From an uncultured Hormoscilla sp. (GTDB lineage: Bacteria > Cyanobacteriota > Cyanobacteriia > Cyanobacteriales > Desertifilaceae): a stretch of DNA of 64,000 nt. The notes under the pieces were generated by a model. That model was not told the DNA's origin, ran no database searches, and saw nothing but the letters and a program-made list of their open reading frames with translations. The stretch lies in NCBI GenBank assembly GCA_963921275.4, contig OZ001293.3, positions 5,664,001 through 5,728,000 on the forward strand. The letters run 5' to 3'. The translations under genes and the position numbers were made by a program. Positions within the stretch are counted from its first letter, which is position 1, and each line of letters starts with the position of its first letter. Positions 1 to 11,049 of this stretch are shown piece after piece.

Positions 1-340
1 TATACAAGTGGGGAGAAGCTGGTATATCCTACGGAGTAATCATTTTTGTTGATTATAAATCAATTCGGACAAGTAATTTCGGTGGATTAGTGCGATCGCT
101 GATTTTGCTTTGGGATACGGAACAGGAAATGGACTGGAAAGATCAGATTTTCTACCTCCAACCTCAATTGTGACAAGACTGGAGAACAGAATCTGTAGTA
201 TAATGCTATAACAAAAGAGTCTGTGGCGGATGATAGCTTCGTTGTTAGTATCGTGCGATCGCAATGCGCATCGCACGGCTCTAACATAACAGAAAATCGA
301 CAACACAGGGTTAAACATGAGACTGTAGGGAAAAAATACT

Positions 341-634
341 ATGCTTCTAACAATCGACATCCCGGATGACATCATCCCAGATGACATAACCCAGCAACTC
401 CCGGAAACATCTGACAAATTGCGACATTACCTGCTGGAACTCCTAGTCATTGAAGCCTACCGCACGGAACGCATTACCCACTTTCAGGTGGGGCAAATCC
501 TCAAACTGCCCTCTCGTTGGGCGGTTGACGAATTCCTCAAAACCCATGATGTTTACCTCCACTACAACGAAGAAGATTTGGAACGCGATCGCGCAACCCT
601 GCGCCAGTTGAGAGCCAAGAATGCCACCAGATAA
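341..634 (+). CDS. UPF0175 family protein (putative antitoxin)
   Basis: 97 aa with EAYRTERITHFQVGQIL...RWAVDEFLK...YLHYNEEDLERD pattern; directly upstream of a PIN/DUF3368 gene. Confidence 0.8.
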   Translation: MLLTIDIPDDIIPDDITQQLPETSDKLRHYLLELLVIEAYRTERITHFQVGQILKLPSRWAVDEFLKTHDVYLHYNEEDLERDRATLRQLRAKNATR

Positions 635-692
635 TAAACAATCGTTATCTCCACATGCTGCGCTGTACTCAATTGTTATACCTGCTACATGA

Positions 693-1175
693 ATGATAGT
701 TATCTCCGATACTTCTCCTATTCTCTATCTGCTACTGATTAACCATCTAGACTTACTGCCGCAACTGTATGGTCAAGTAATTATCCCCAAAATTGTAAGG
801 GATGAACTCCGAGATCCGGGAGCCCCTGTCGAACTTCAGCAATGGATTGCAAATCCACCGGAATGGCTCCGCGTTCAGCCAGTCACCAGTACACCCAATG
901 TAATTCTACATAATCTCAATCCAGGCGAACAAGCTGCTATCACCTTCGCCCAAGAATGCCAAGCTGACTTACTCATTATTGATGAACGAGCAGGACGACG
1001 CGCCGCAACAAACCTAGGAATTCCTATTATAGGTACACTAGGTATTTTAGATGAAGCGGCATTTCTTGGCTTGGTCAACTTCCCAGAGGCGATCGCCAGA
1101 CTCACAGCAACTAATTTCCGTGTCTCATCCCACTTAATTCAGACCGTCCTAGATCGGCATTCACAGGCTCCGTAA
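693..1175 (+). CDS. DUF3368 / PIN-domain protein (putative toxin)
   Basis: MIVISDTSPI N-terminus, L(N)PGEQAAI, LLIIDERAGR and GTLGIL motifs. Confidence 0.85.
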   Translation: MIVISDTSPILYLLLINHLDLLPQLYGQVIIPKIVRDELRDPGAPVELQQWIANPPEWLRVQPVTSTPNVILHNLNPGEQAAITFAQECQADLLIIDERAGRRAATNLGIPIIGTLGILDEAAFLGLVNFPEAIARLTATNFRVSSHLIQTVLDRHSQAP

Positions 1176-1288
1176 TACCATGATTGTACCGGTAGCGCAT
1201 GTAGCCGTAGGGTGGGCGGTGCCCACCCTACATTACACGCATCAGGTGTATAATAAAAGATAAACAGGAGTTGGTGGAGGTAACAGTC

Positions 1289-1977
1289 ATGGTAATGCAA
1301 GCAACCAAAGCCAGAGAGATAATCTATCCCGAAAGCGATGGAAAACCAATGGCAGACAATACGGTGCAGTTCCGCAGGATAACGGTCATACATTATAATC
1401 TGGAGTCGCTATTTGCTCACAATCCCAACGTATTTATTGCGGGGGACTTGTTATGGTATCCAGTAGAACATGATACGGGAATAAGCCAAGCACCGGATGT
1501 GATGGTAGTGTTCGTCCCAAGGGCGATCGGGGTTCCTACCTACAGTGGAACGAAGGCAATATAGCGCCGCAGGTGGTGTTTGAAATCCGTTCTCCAAACA
1601 ATACCCGAACGGAAATGGACAGGAAATTGGTATTTTACAACCGCCACGGCGTAGAAGAATATTACCTGTACGATCCTAAGAAGAACGATCTGAGTGGATG
1701 GTTACGTTCCCAGTGGGGTTTAAATGTAATAGACCAGATGGATGGTTGGGTAAGCCTCCGGTTGCAAATTCGGTTCGATATGTCGGGAGAGTCCTTACAA
1801 CTGTACCGTCCGAATGGGAAAGCATTTGCGACCTATTCGGAGACAGAGGAACGACTCGAACAGACAAAGGAACGACTCGAACAGACACAGCAAGAACTAG
1901 AATTGAAGGATAGGGAAATTCAAAGGTTAAAAGAGTTGCTGCTCGCGGCTCGTATTGACCCGGATACAATTGATTGA
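1289..1977 (+). pseudogene. Uma2 (DUF820) endonuclease-like protein, frameshifted
   Basis: YPESDGKPMADNT...APDVMVVF continues in another frame as RPKGDRGSYLQW...APQVVFEIRSP; frameshift near 1512. Confidence 0.85.
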
Positions 1978-2425
1978 ACTCGGGAAAATGCTCCCGGAAG
2001 ATGATTCTATAGGGGCGGTTTCAACGCGGCACTTAGTGCCGCCATGGCTTTGTCCTCCGGGGGACACAGCCGCCCGATCAGGGTGCACCTGTACCAGAAA
2101 GCCCGATCGCGGATAAAATAAAATAGGTAAATCTGTAAGAGAGCCCAGATGAGAGCGATCTTGCGCAACAGGCATTATTAACGATCTCGGATTTATATCT
2201 CTAGACCAACCCCTAGAGATAACTCCAGAAACAGCAGAGGATCCAGACGATGAAAGCATAGAGTCGGTAAAAGCTCCTCTGCGCCAGTCTTTAGCTTCTG
2301 CTAAAGAGGAAAAAGCTTATCCATTGCTCAATTGTGGTCGGGAATTGATGCAAAATGAACCGCCTTCTCGACTAAAATCTGTAGCAGCCCGATCGCCCCT
2401 GACAGGACGGGAGGGCGATCGCATC

Positions 2426-2635
2426 TTACTCTCCCTTTTCGTTTATCTGCTGCTTATAACGTCGAGCAGAAGCACGCAACTTGTTACTCGGTTCTGGCGG
2501 GTTGAGTAAAGCTTCTGCGAAATAAGCACTATCCGGATCGCTTAAATGCATCACATCCTTTTCTCGAACAATGCTTCTGGCTACCTTCTGCACGGCGTCG
2601 AGTCTGTTACGATCTCCTCGCATCTCATTCCTCAC
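2426..2635 (-). pseudogene. DUF1778 (TacA-like antitoxin) C-terminal remnant
   Basis: LSDPDSAYFAEALLNPPEPSNKLRASARRY motif; N-terminal RHH part missing. Confidence 0.55.
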
Positions 2636-2760
2636 TACAATATATAATCTGATTATATCTGAAAATTGTTTCCAGTCCCTTGCCTGCGGATCGCCTATGA
2701 CAGAACGGGAGGGCGATTGCTCATCTGGAGCCGGTGGTGGGCGGTGCCCACCCTACAAAC

Positions 2761-3743
2761 TATTGCATTACGCAAATACATTAGGACATTCTCGAAAGGC
2801 AGCATCAATGCAGTCTTGGAAATTCTCAAATTCGTTTATCCTTTGTTTCATCCAATTCTTGAGAACAAACCACCAATGCTCTATTTTATTAAGAGCGGGA
2901 GAATAGGTTGGTAAGTATAACAGCTCGCATCCAGCCGACTCAATTAGTTCCCTAACGAATATTGACTTATGAAAACTTGCATTTTCAATAATAACTACAT
3001 CTCCCAAGTTGAGGGATTAAACAGAATTCTACCCAAAATTCAAATAAATCCTTGTTACAACCTCCACTAAATGCTAAAGGAGCAAAGACCTTATCTTCTC
3101 TCTGCGCCGCTATCTAACTGACTCTCTCGGTTCGTTTTCCGGATTTTAGTGCGTAAAATCTTTCTCCTCGGATCGCAGTAACCATAGGGGTATTCTTCTC
3201 TGTTATCTATTCCTGCGATGTCTCAGGAGAGCGCTAATCGCACTACTCCTGAGACATCGCCTCATCAACGTATATTCTCTTATTTTTTCGAGATTATCTA
3301 GTTTTCGCAAAAACTCTTGACGTTTTTCTTCATCTCTTTCCCGATATCCATAGGTCTTTTTTTTTCTGCTTATCCCTAACCAAAGCATGGTTCTACTAAT
3401 ATTTGGTTGCGTAACACAATATGGCCATCTCTTTTTGAGTTTTATCTCCATGCTCCTTTATAAACGCACGAAACTTTTCTTGATTGTTGATTTTGGGTTG
3501 AGGACCTTTGCGACTGGCTGTTTTAGCCTGAAAATATCCAGTCTCAGCCTCTCTTTTCAACCAAAGGTCCAGAGGATTCCTGCTAATATTGAGTTTTCGA
3601 CATATGTTTGTTTTTCGTTCACCTCGTTTATAAGCTTCGATTGCCTTTTTCCGAAAAGCTGTAAGGGGCCGGCATTATTATTCTCCTCGAATCGGTCTTC
3701 TTGTTTTACATTATACGTCCTAAGCTGCTTTGGTAGTGCTATA
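2761..3743 (-). mobile_element. IS630-family element, transposase pseudogene
   Basis: Imperfect TIRs (TATTGCATTAC...TTAGGAC and TATAGCACTAC...TTAGGAC) starting with TA; fragments [45 protein letters not shown]; several frameshifts and stops. Confidence 0.9.
3215..3260. repeat. Hairpin micro-element, family A (46 bp, empty form)
   Basis: GCGATGTCTCAGGAG-AGCGCTAATCGCACTA-CTCCTGAGACATCGC, perfect 15-bp stem; interrupts the IS630 YVDE|AG motif. Confidence 0.9.
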
Positions 3744-3821
3744 CAAGGTTTTCAGAAGGTCCATTCCGGTGAGTTATAATCAATATACCTTGTCAGTAGC
3801 CAATATGGAGCACTCGCACTT

Positions 3822-4451
3822 ATGTCTTACAGCGAATTCACCCTCGAAGAACTAGAAAGCCAATTTCAACTAACAATTCAGGAAGAAGTGGAATTATTTG
3901 ACACCGTAGAACCAGTCACGCCGAGTGGACTCTTGAGAGAAATATTAGCAGAGAACATTCCCCTCGCCTTAGCAGTAGATACAGAAAAAGCCCGCTCTGA
4001 ATTGATTATAGCTCCAATATTGGTAGAAATGAGGAAGCAATTTAATCGTCAAATTAGTGTTTTCTCTGGGACAGAATTTAACGTAGATAGAAGTAAAGGA
4101 CTAAGCGGGAGATGTGACTTTATCATCAGTCATTCTCCCAGACAGTTGTCCGTGACCGCCCCAGTAGCTATTCTCGTGGAGGCAAAAGATGATAACATCA
4201 AATCTGGAATATTCCAGTGCATTGCCGAAATGGTAGCAGCTCAAGTATTTAACGAACAGAAAAATAATAACATTCCCAGCATCTATGGTATAGTCACAAC
4301 AGGAAGTATTTGGAAATTTATGAAATTGGCAGAAAAACAGGTGGCGATCGAGCCCGGAGAGCATTTCATCAACAATATAGAATCCCTGCTGGGCATCCTC
4401 TCATATATAATCCATACTACTCGCCCCCTCACCGTGGTCGAGAAGCCGTAG
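3822..4451 (+). CDS. Conserved cyanobacterial hypothetical protein, PD-(D/E)xK / HsdR N-terminal-like fold
   Basis: MSYSEFTLE, TEKARSELIIAPIL, GRCDFII, VEAK, QCIAEMVAAQ and YGIVTTGSIWKF motifs. Confidence 0.75.
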   Translation: MSYSEFTLEELESQFQLTIQEEVELFDTVEPVTPSGLLREILAENIPLALAVDTEKARSELIIAPILVEMRKQFNRQISVFSGTEFNVDRSKGLSGRCDFIISHSPRQLSVTAPVAILVEAKDDNIKSGIFQCIAEMVAAQVFNEQKNNNIPSIYGIVTTGSIWKFMKLAEKQVAIEPGEHFINNIESLLGILSYIIHTTRPLTVVEKP

Positions 4452-4479
4452 TTGGGTTGAGGCACGAAACCCAACCTAC
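4448..4479. repeat. REP-like GTAG-hairpin repeat (GTAGGTTGGGTTGAGG.ACGAAACCCAAC family)
   Basis: Further copies near 21605-21637, 43805-43833 and 51591-51623. Confidence 0.75.
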
Positions 4480-4522
4480 GATATTAAAGTAAATCATCGC
4501 CGAAGATATTACCGATCGCCCA

Positions 4523-5674
4523 GTGACGAATCAATTTACATTTCAATCTCAGGCTGAATGCAGCCACACCCAAGCCCGGGCCGGGATTTTTACCACCCCT
4601 CATGGTATAGTAGAAACACCCCGTTTCATGCCCGTAGGCACTACCGCCACCGTCAAAGGCGTCACCTCTTCCCAACTGTTGGCAACCGGTGCCCAGATTG
4701 TGCTAGCCAATACCTATCACCTCCACATCCAACCCGGAGAAGATTTGATCGCCAAAGCTGGAGGTTTACATAAATTCATGGACTGGAATGGCCCTATCCT
4801 CACGGACTCCGGCGGCTTCCAAGTCTTCAGCTTATCTGAGTTACGCACCATCAGCGAAGAAGGCGTCACCTTTCGTTCTCCCCGTGACGGACGGATGATT
4901 AACCTCACCCCCGAGCGCTCGATCCAGATCCAAAATAAACTGGGGGCAGATGTAATCATGGCCTTTGACGAATGTCCCCCCTACCCCGCCACCCGCGCAG
5001 CAGTGGAAGCAGCCACCTCACGCACCAGACGCTGGCTAGAACGTTGCCTTCAGACCCATAAACGTCCAGAGCAAGCCTTATTTGGCATCATCCAGGGAGG
5101 GGTATATCCAGACCTGCGGTCAGCCGCAGCCAAATCCCTAGTAGAATTAGACTTACCCGGTTATGCCATCGGTGGCGTCAGCGTCGGCGAACCAGAAGCA
5201 ATCATCGCCCAGATCGTCAAGGTAACCACCCCCTTGCTACCCCCCCACAAGCCCCGTTATCTCATGGGCATCGGCACATATCGGGAAATGGCCCAGGCGA
5301 TCGCCTCCGGTGTAGACCTGTTCGACTGCGTCATACCCACCCGTTTAGCCCGTCACGGCGCCGTCTTCGTCGCTGGGCATCGCTGGAACATCAAAAACGC
5401 CCAATTTACCGAAGACTTCGCCCCTCTGGACGGGGAATGTCCCTGCTACACCTGCCAGCACTTCAGCCGGGCCTACCTCAACCACCTCTGGCGATCACGG
5501 GAACTCTTAGTCTATACCCTACTGTCCATTCACAACCTCACGGAACTAATACGGTTCACCCAGAGGATCCGGGATGCCATTATCCGCGACTGCTTCACCA
5601 GGGAATTTTCCCACCTGCTTACCCCACCTCAAGTGACCAGTGACCAATTATCAGTTCCAGAAAATGTAGTTTAA
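4523..5674 (+). CDS. tgt: tRNA-guanine(34) transglycosylase
   Basis: [37 protein letters not shown] and zinc site CPCYTC. Confidence 0.97.
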   Translation: MTNQFTFQSQAECSHTQARAGIFTTPHGIVETPRFMPVGTTATVKGVTSSQLLATGAQIVLANTYHLHIQPGEDLIAKAGGLHKFMDWNGPILTDSGGFQVFSLSELRTISEEGVTFRSPRDGRMINLTPERSIQIQNKLGADVIMAFDECPPYPATRAAVEAATSRTRRWLERCLQTHKRPEQALFGIIQGGVYPDLRSAAAKSLVELDLPGYAIGGVSVGEPEAIIAQIVKVTTPLLPPHKPRYLMGIGTYREMAQAIASGVDLFDCVIPTRLARHGAVFVAGHRWNIKNAQFTEDFAPLDGECPCYTCQHFSRAYLNHLWRSRELLVYTLLSIHNLTELIRFTQRIRDAIIRDCFTREFSHLLTPPQVTSDQLSVPENVV

Positions 5675-5755
5675 ATTTGTCTTAGCTTAACTGAGGAACT
5701 ATGTTAAAATTTATTTAAATTATGAGAGCCCCAACTAGGAGAGGTAAATTTACAC

Positions 5756-5893
5756 ATGGAAGCAGTGCTGCTATTGGCCAAATTGCCCGAAGCTTACTCA
5801 ATTTTCAACCCCGTGGTAGACGTTATGCCCGTTATTCCCGTCTTTTTCTTGCTGCTGGCCTTCGTTTGGCAAGCCGCCGTTGGGTTTAAATAA
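5756..5893 (+). CDS. psbK: Photosystem II reaction centre protein K (45 aa, below ORF-track cutoff)
   Basis: [45 protein letters not shown]; usual position downstream of tgt. Confidence 0.97.
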   Translation: MEAVLLLAKLPEAYSIFNPVVDVMPVIPVFFLLLAFVWQAAVGFK

Positions 5894-5923
5894 GAACGTC
5901 ACAGGCGATCTGCCCGATCGCCT

Positions 5924-6481
5924 TTAACCGCGTTTCCCGATCGTCTTCTGGAAAGCCGGTCGTTCCGAAAGCCGTTTAATATAATCCACCACCGCCGGAT
6001 ACTCACTCAAATCCAGCTTCAGCATAATCGGCACGTAGGCCAAAAGGGACCCCACTGCCACATCCGCCACCGTCAACTCATTTCCCAGTAAAAACGGTTG
6101 CCGATCGAAAATATCATTCAGCGGTGGGAGAAGTTGGGACATCGCCCGATCGCGACTCGCCTCAACAAAAATCCCCGGTCCCAAAGTCGCATTGCCAAAT
6201 AGCACCCACTGTGCTATCTCCGAACGTTTTTCCAGAGACTCTGGCAGTTGGGAGTGCTTTTCCGCCAGATACATGAGACAGGCCCCCGACTCCCACAGAT
6301 TAAAATCCCCCTCCACGATCGCTGGCACCTTCCCCATCGGATTAATCGCCAGAAACTCTGGTTGCTTGTGTTCTCCCGCCTCCATATCCAGCAAGACGAA
6401 CTCGTAAGGGATCTCCAGTTCTTCCAAATACCATTGCACAATCGACGCCCGCGATCGGGCCCCACCGTATAATTTCAACAT
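5924..6481 (-). CDS. Glutathione S-transferase family protein
   Basis: SRASIVQWYLEEL, INPMGKVPAI, LWESGA and TVADVA motifs. Confidence 0.93.
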   Translation of the reverse strand: MLKLYGGARSRASIVQWYLEELEIPYEFVLLDMEAGEHKQPEFLAINPMGKVPAIVEGDFNLWESGACLMYLAEKHSQLPESLEKRSEIAQWVLFGNATLGPGIFVEASRDRAMSQLLPPLNDIFDRQPFLLGNELTVADVAVGSLLAYVPIMLKLDLSEYPAVVDYIKRLSERPAFQKTIGKRG

Positions 6482-6482
6482 C

Positions 6483-6950
6483 TTACAAAACCTTGTGAGT
6501 ATACTCGTGTTGCTTCACATTATCCTCCTTCCGCACAATATTTTCGGCATTCAGCACCCGCTTGCGGGCCGTTGAATAGTTAAAATCCTGGCGAATTGTG
6601 CCCAGAGGGATGTGATTTTTCGCACTTGGACGACTCTTATAGCTGCGCGTCGCCGCGATCGCCCTCTCCGCGAACTCATCGGGAAACTGGGCCATTGATG
6701 GGAAATCATCGGGTCTTTGCGGAGTTTCACCGGTTAGCACCCTTCCCAAAGTCGTTCCACAAGCCATTTCATAGGAAGTTGGAATTCCCTTCACAATTGC
6801 TTCCAGGGCCGCCGAAGGTATCGGTTCCACCACCTTCACCTCATGGACATCTCCCTCTTCCTTAATGAAACAGGTAGCCAAGCCCACCACCAAATAGTCA
6901 TCTTTAGACAGTTCCGGAGCATTTGCATATACCACTGTACTTGTCATCAC
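6483..6950 (-). CDS. Conserved cyanobacterial hypothetical protein
   Basis: Intact 155-aa ORF abutting the GST gene; DDYLVVGLATCFIKE...EPIPSAALE...DNVKQHEYTHKVL. Confidence 0.75.
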   Translation of the reverse strand: MMTSTVVYANAPELSKDDYLVVGLATCFIKEEGDVHEVKVVEPIPSAALEAIVKGIPTSYEMACGTTLGRVLTGETPQRPDDFPSMAQFPDEFAERAIAATRSYKSRPSAKNHIPLGTIRQDFNYSTARKRVLNAENIVRKEDNVKQHEYTHKVL

Positions 6951-7595
6951 AATCCGACCTTATCCCTTGCTGAGTACCAAATTATATAGCCTTTTACATA
7001 CCGATACCGCCACTCACTCATCCTTGTGACAATTGAGCGACTGGCACAATCTCCAACTAGCGCGGGCCATCGCCAACTTCATCAATTAAACTTTTGGCCT
7101 TGCACAATCGAGGGATGATAGTCATTGTCAATTTTTCATTGTTTGCGCTCATTTTTTATAGTCATAAATAATCAAAATTTGCAATTTTCAATTTTCGATT
7201 TGCAATTTTCAACCCAGAACTTTTTAGCAGTAATACACGTCCCTAAACACACCGCCTCTTGCCCGAACTATCTCTGGAATCAAGATGCCCTTGAGCGTAT
7301 AATTTATTATTGGCGGCATCTGTGGGGCCACAGCCAGCAACCACTTCAGTAACTGACACAATGTCCGTTCCCGGTGGCACGAGCAAGAAATAGGGTAAAT
7401 GTATTCAGGCATCTATACAGCAATACAGCAAATGAACAACAACTCCCCCAGTATTTTACATCCCACTATTTTGGCCGCCACAACGCAAGGACTCTTTCCT
7501 CTGGGAGCCCCCTGCTAACAGCCCCGAAGCCCGTCAGCAACGCCGGTTAGAAGCCTGGTTAAACGACTTGCTCCGACCCCTATTAGCTTAGAACA

Positions 7596-7692
7596 GTTGT
7601 TAGTTGTCGGTTGTTAGTCGTTAGTTGTCGGTTGACCACTGACCGCTGTTTGGGGCTTTAGCCCAACAACGAACGACTACTGACCACTGACT
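7596..7692. repeat. Heptamer short tandem repeats (STRR-like)
   Basis: GTTGTTA/GTTGTCG and CCACTGA/CTACTGA runs; similar arrays at 10695-10808, 20601-20632, 21561-21600, 23713-23767 and 49587-49620. Confidence 0.8.
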
Positions 7693-7990
7693 ACTTATTT
7701 TCCTCTATCAGAACAATCGGACGGCGTTGGGGAGCAACTCTGTGACTTTCCTCCTGCATCACCGTTTTCGCCTGCCCTGGATCGAAAGCCCGGTTAAAAT
7801 CCCTTTGCCAGCGGTTTACACGTTCTTCTGCACGCTTCACCTCTGTTTGGATAACGAGGGACTTTTCCTGTACAGACTGATATAAGGGCAATAAGCGCAT
7901 CAGCCCCGAAATTGCTGCCGCCGCCAGTACCAAATTCACCGTTAGCTTAGCTGTTGTTTCCAGGGCCCTGGCTTTTTCAGCCCGCAACAT
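7691..7990 (-). CDS. Slr1601-like putative cell-division (FtsB/FtsL-like) membrane protein; start uncertain (7990 or 8192)
   Basis: ALETTAKLTVNLVL transmembrane segment, coiled coil, FDPGQAKTVMQEES; GGAGG lies 7 nt before the ATG at 7990; lies downstream of psaM. Confidence 0.65.
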   Translation of the reverse strand: MLRAEKARALETTAKLTVNLVLAAAAISGLMRLLPLYQSVQEKSLVIQTEVKRAEERVNRWQRDFNRAFDPGQAKTVMQEESHRVAPQRRPIVLIEENK

Positions 7991-8012
7991 ACCCTGGCCT
8001 CCTGTTTCCCCC

Positions 8013-8122
8013 GATGCTGCGTCTCCTGGTGCTGCATCTCCTGGGAGCGCTAATCGCACTACCCAGGAGATGCAGCGCGCTAATCGCACGTTCCCAGGCA
8101 GAGCCGTGGGAACGAGGGGGGG
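8013..8122. repeat. Composite of family A hairpin elements and a GTTCCCAGGCAGAGCCGTGGGAAC repeat
   Basis: 8031-8076 has a perfect 15-bp stem with the AGCGCTAATCGCACTA loop and sits inside a second partial A copy; the GTTCCCAGG repeat also occurs near 16300, 37572 and 57539. Confidence 0.8.
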
Positions 8123-8210
8123 GACACAACCCCGCTGTTGGCGACGTGACTTCGAGAGTGGTTTTTCTTGTCGTGTCGCTTGATGGCATCATATTTACAG
8201 CTCAAACTTA

Positions 8211-10608
8211 ATTAAACTAAGCCAGTCCGTCACCGGACCGACTCGTCTTCAAAACCGGACATGAGACTTTCGCCTCATCCTGCTCCTCGGTCACGCCACC
8301 CTTGTCATGGGTACGGCTACTGCCATCGCTGGCAGTCTTTTTGTCGTGGCAGTGTTTGTGTAGCAACTGTAGGTTGTCATACCGGTCCTTACCTCCTAGT
8401 GAAAGGGGCATGATATGGTCAACTTCCCATTTGTCACTATCCATAAACGTTAGTCCGCACTGTTGGCATTTTCCCTTTTGCTGCTTGAGTAGCGTTGCTA
8501 CCCTTTTACTCAGTTCGGGGCTTTTGCCTAATCTTGTGCTCCAATATGTGAGGTTCCCGTCGTATGGGCTTGCGGTCCCTTTCACTTTTACGTGTCTGAT
8601 TATCTCAGTTTCGGAGTGTTTACGTATCTTCATATCACCCTCTTTTGTCTTGCTTCGGAATCGCCATTTAGCATCCTGGTTTACAGACCAGTATTTATAG
8701 GTTATCCAGTTACTTGACTTGTTAGGGTGCCTCCTTTTGGCCCATTGCCATAGGATGTTCCATAGGTAGTTGTCCATATCGCTGTAAATTTCCTTGCTTA
8801 CCACTGTCCTAAAGTAGTTTGACCATCCCCTTATTATCGGGTTTAGCCTGCTTATTAGGGCCGCTTGTGGTGCTGTTATATGGCTAGTTACCATTTCTGA
8901 TAACCGTTCTTTATGCTTCCCTATGGACTTATTACTGGGTTTGATTAGGGTTTTGAATCCTAGGGGTGTTCCGTTTGTTGATTTGCCGGTTCTGTATTTT
9001 CCCTCTTTATATTGCCTTATATTGAATCCTAGGAAGTCGAATCCCGGGTTTTCTCCATTTAGCCTGTGGGCTATCTTTGTCTTTTCAGCCTTCAACTCAA
9101 GCCCTATTCTTCTTAGCCACTCTGCCACCACTGTTTGCGCTCTGTCTATCATCTCCCTGTCTTCATGCATGATCACAAAGTCGTCTGCGTATCTGACTAC
9201 CGTCAGCTTTTGCTTTTCCCTTTGTGTCTTTGCTAATTCCATTACTGCTTCCTCTAACCCCTGTAGGGCTATATTGGCTAGCAGTGGGGATATGACACCC
9301 CCTTGTGGCGTTCCTGCCTCAGTTGTGTGCCATATCTTCTTGTCAATCACCCCGGCTTTTAACCATGCCCGTACTTGTTTACGGATTGGTGACGTAGTAT
9401 TTAATTTTTCGACTAGCGCTTTGTGGTCTATCCTGTCGAAACATTTCGCAATATCTGCATCTAATACCCATTTGGGTTTCTGTTTAATGCTGCTGAATAT
9501 TGCCGCAATTGCATCGTGGCATCCCCGACCCGGTCTGAATCCGTATGAGTTCCCCTCCATATATGCTTCCCATTCGGGTTCGAGCGCAATCTTGAGGAGC
9601 CCTTGATTCGCGCGGTCGTGCATCGTGGGTATTCCTAAAGGACGTTTTTCTTCTCTCCCTGGCTTAGGAATCCATACACGACGTGTAGGCTTAGCCTTGT
9701 TTGAGATTTCAATCTGTCCTACCAGTTCTCGGCGTTGCTTTGGGGTTAGTGATTTCACACCATCCACACCGGCTGTCTTCTTTCCCTGGTTATCTTGTGT
9801 AACCCGTCGTACCGCTAGACATTTGGCAGCCCGGGAGCTTACCAGTAACCTTTGGAGCCTGCGAACTTTTTGCTTATTGCCTTCTTGTGCCGCTCTGTAA
9901 ATTCGTTTTTGCAACTTAAAGACTACCCGTTCCAGCCGAGGCCAGGGGATATCCTTCCATTCATTCATCGATTTTGACATCGTGCTCATGACGTATGTAT
10001 TGCTACTTACAACTTTACAATTGACGTTACCGTGAGGGCGTCAGCATATCCCATCCATTACAGAAAGGCGTTAGCTTCTCCGCGAAATCTTTCCCAGATA
10101 TAACCTGCCGAATGTAAGCAGATGTTGCGCCTTTGGTGGCTGCTCAACCTATCGACCGGTGGTTGAGAGTATGTACCTGGTTTACTTCGTTCCTCTAGAT
10201 GATTGGTCGTAGTTTTAGGTGGATTCCTTATGCCGGGTTTATTGTCGGTGCTTATTGGTCAGAATTCAAACCGCCAATGACCATTATCCTTTCCCTTTTG
10301 GGCCAGCGTGTTTAGCCTTATTACGCTGGTTTGTCGTAACGACACTGTAAATCTTTGCTTTCGCTCACCGTGACTACTTGCACGCTGCGCGAAAAATCGG
10401 CGATGACCGGTTTAGGCTACCAGCCAGGGCGCCTTTCGTACCCGCTTCACGGATTGATGCCATCGCTACCGTGGGGTAAGTGCTGTCACTCCTGCACCTG
10501 GAGGGGTGGGCTTTCACCACCATCATCTAAAAGTTATCAAGGCTAATGGAGCCTTGCCAGTGGTCCCCCTTCGGTTATCACCGGTGGTTTACACTGAACG
10601 AGTCGCAC
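8211..10608 (-). mobile_element. Group II intron (IIB, chloroplast-like), ORF-containing
   Basis: 5' GTGCGACTCGTT at 10608; DV GAGCAGGATGAGGCGAAAGTCTCATGTCCGGTT; DVI ending TTAGTTTAAT at 8211; EBS1 TGAATT pairs with exon GATTTA (G-U allowed). Confidence 0.93.
8217..9989 (-). CDS. ltrA: Group II intron reverse transcriptase/maturase with HNH endonuclease
   Basis: RPLGIP, GTPQGGVISPLL, RYADDF, X domain (LNPIIRGWSNYF), CQQC...EVDHI...NLQLLHKHCH. Confidence 0.95.
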   Translation of the reverse strand: MSTMSKSMNEWKDIPWPRLERVVFKLQKRIYRAAQEGNKQKVRRLQRLLVSSRAAKCLAVRRVTQDNQGKKTAGVDGVKSLTPKQRRELVGQIEISNKAKPTRRVWIPKPGREEKRPLGIPTMHDRANQGLLKIALEPEWEAYMEGNSYGFRPGRGCHDAIAAIFSSIKQKPKWVLDADIAKCFDRIDHKALVEKLNTTSPIRKQVRAWLKAGVIDKKIWHTTEAGTPQGGVISPLLANIALQGLEEAVMELAKTQREKQKLTVVRYADDFVIMHEDREMIDRAQTVVAEWLRRIGLELKAEKTKIAHRLNGENPGFDFLGFNIRQYKEGKYRTGKSTNGTPLGFKTLIKPSNKSIGKHKERLSEMVTSHITAPQAALISRLNPIIRGWSNYFRTVVSKEIYSDMDNYLWNILWQWAKRRHPNKSSNWITYKYWSVNQDAKWRFRSKTKEGDMKIRKHSETEIIRHVKVKGTASPYDGNLTYWSTRLGKSPELSKRVATLLKQQKGKCQQCGLTFMDSDKWEVDHIMPLSLGGKDRYDNLQLLHKHCHDKKTASDGSSRTHDKGGVTEEQDEAKVSCPVLKTSRSGDGLA

Positions 10609-10953
10609 TAAATCGCCGACATTACACCGATTACAGTCCCAAGCAGATGTCGCTAATGAGAGTCCTGCTCCTATACAATCTACAACAGAACTGCGTTGTC
10701 AGTTGTTAGTTGTGGGTTGTTAGTTGTTAGTTACTCGTTGTTCCTTGGCTGCTGACCACCGATCGCCTACCTCTAATACAACTAGCCACTGACTACTGAC
10801 CACTGACTTGCGATCGTCAAGGGGGGCTGCCTTGTCTGCACTAGCAAACCATACAGCCCCAGTACTTACGCAACTTTTTCCGTCCTAGACTGCCGATAGC
10901 CTCGGGCTAGCCCAGAGTTGTGTAAGTCCTCAGTTCTTGGCGACCAACTAGCC

Positions 10954-11049
10954 CTACTTGTAAAGTTCCGTTCCTAGCCGGTACATCAATACCAACGGAA
11001 ACAATGCAATTACTAGAGCCGTGTAGACTTGAACATCCGATAGACTCAT
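10954..11049 (-). CDS. psaM: Photosystem I subunit XII (31 aa, below ORF-track cutoff)
   Basis: MSLSDVQVYTALVIALFPLVLMYRLGTELYK with an AGGAG RBS upstream. Confidence 0.93.
   Translation of the reverse strand: MSLSDVQVYTALVIALFPLVLMYRLGTELYK

Noticed and set aside
2125..2345. Remnant resembling a small antitoxin (EDPDDESIESVKAPLRQSL)
   Set aside because: Too fragmentary and frameshifted to assign with confidence.
8302..9900. Long plus-strand ORFs (132, 227 and 91 aa) opposite the RT
   Set aside because: Antisense shadows of the intron ORF with no recognisable motifs; the same applies to most short overlapping ORFs in the track.
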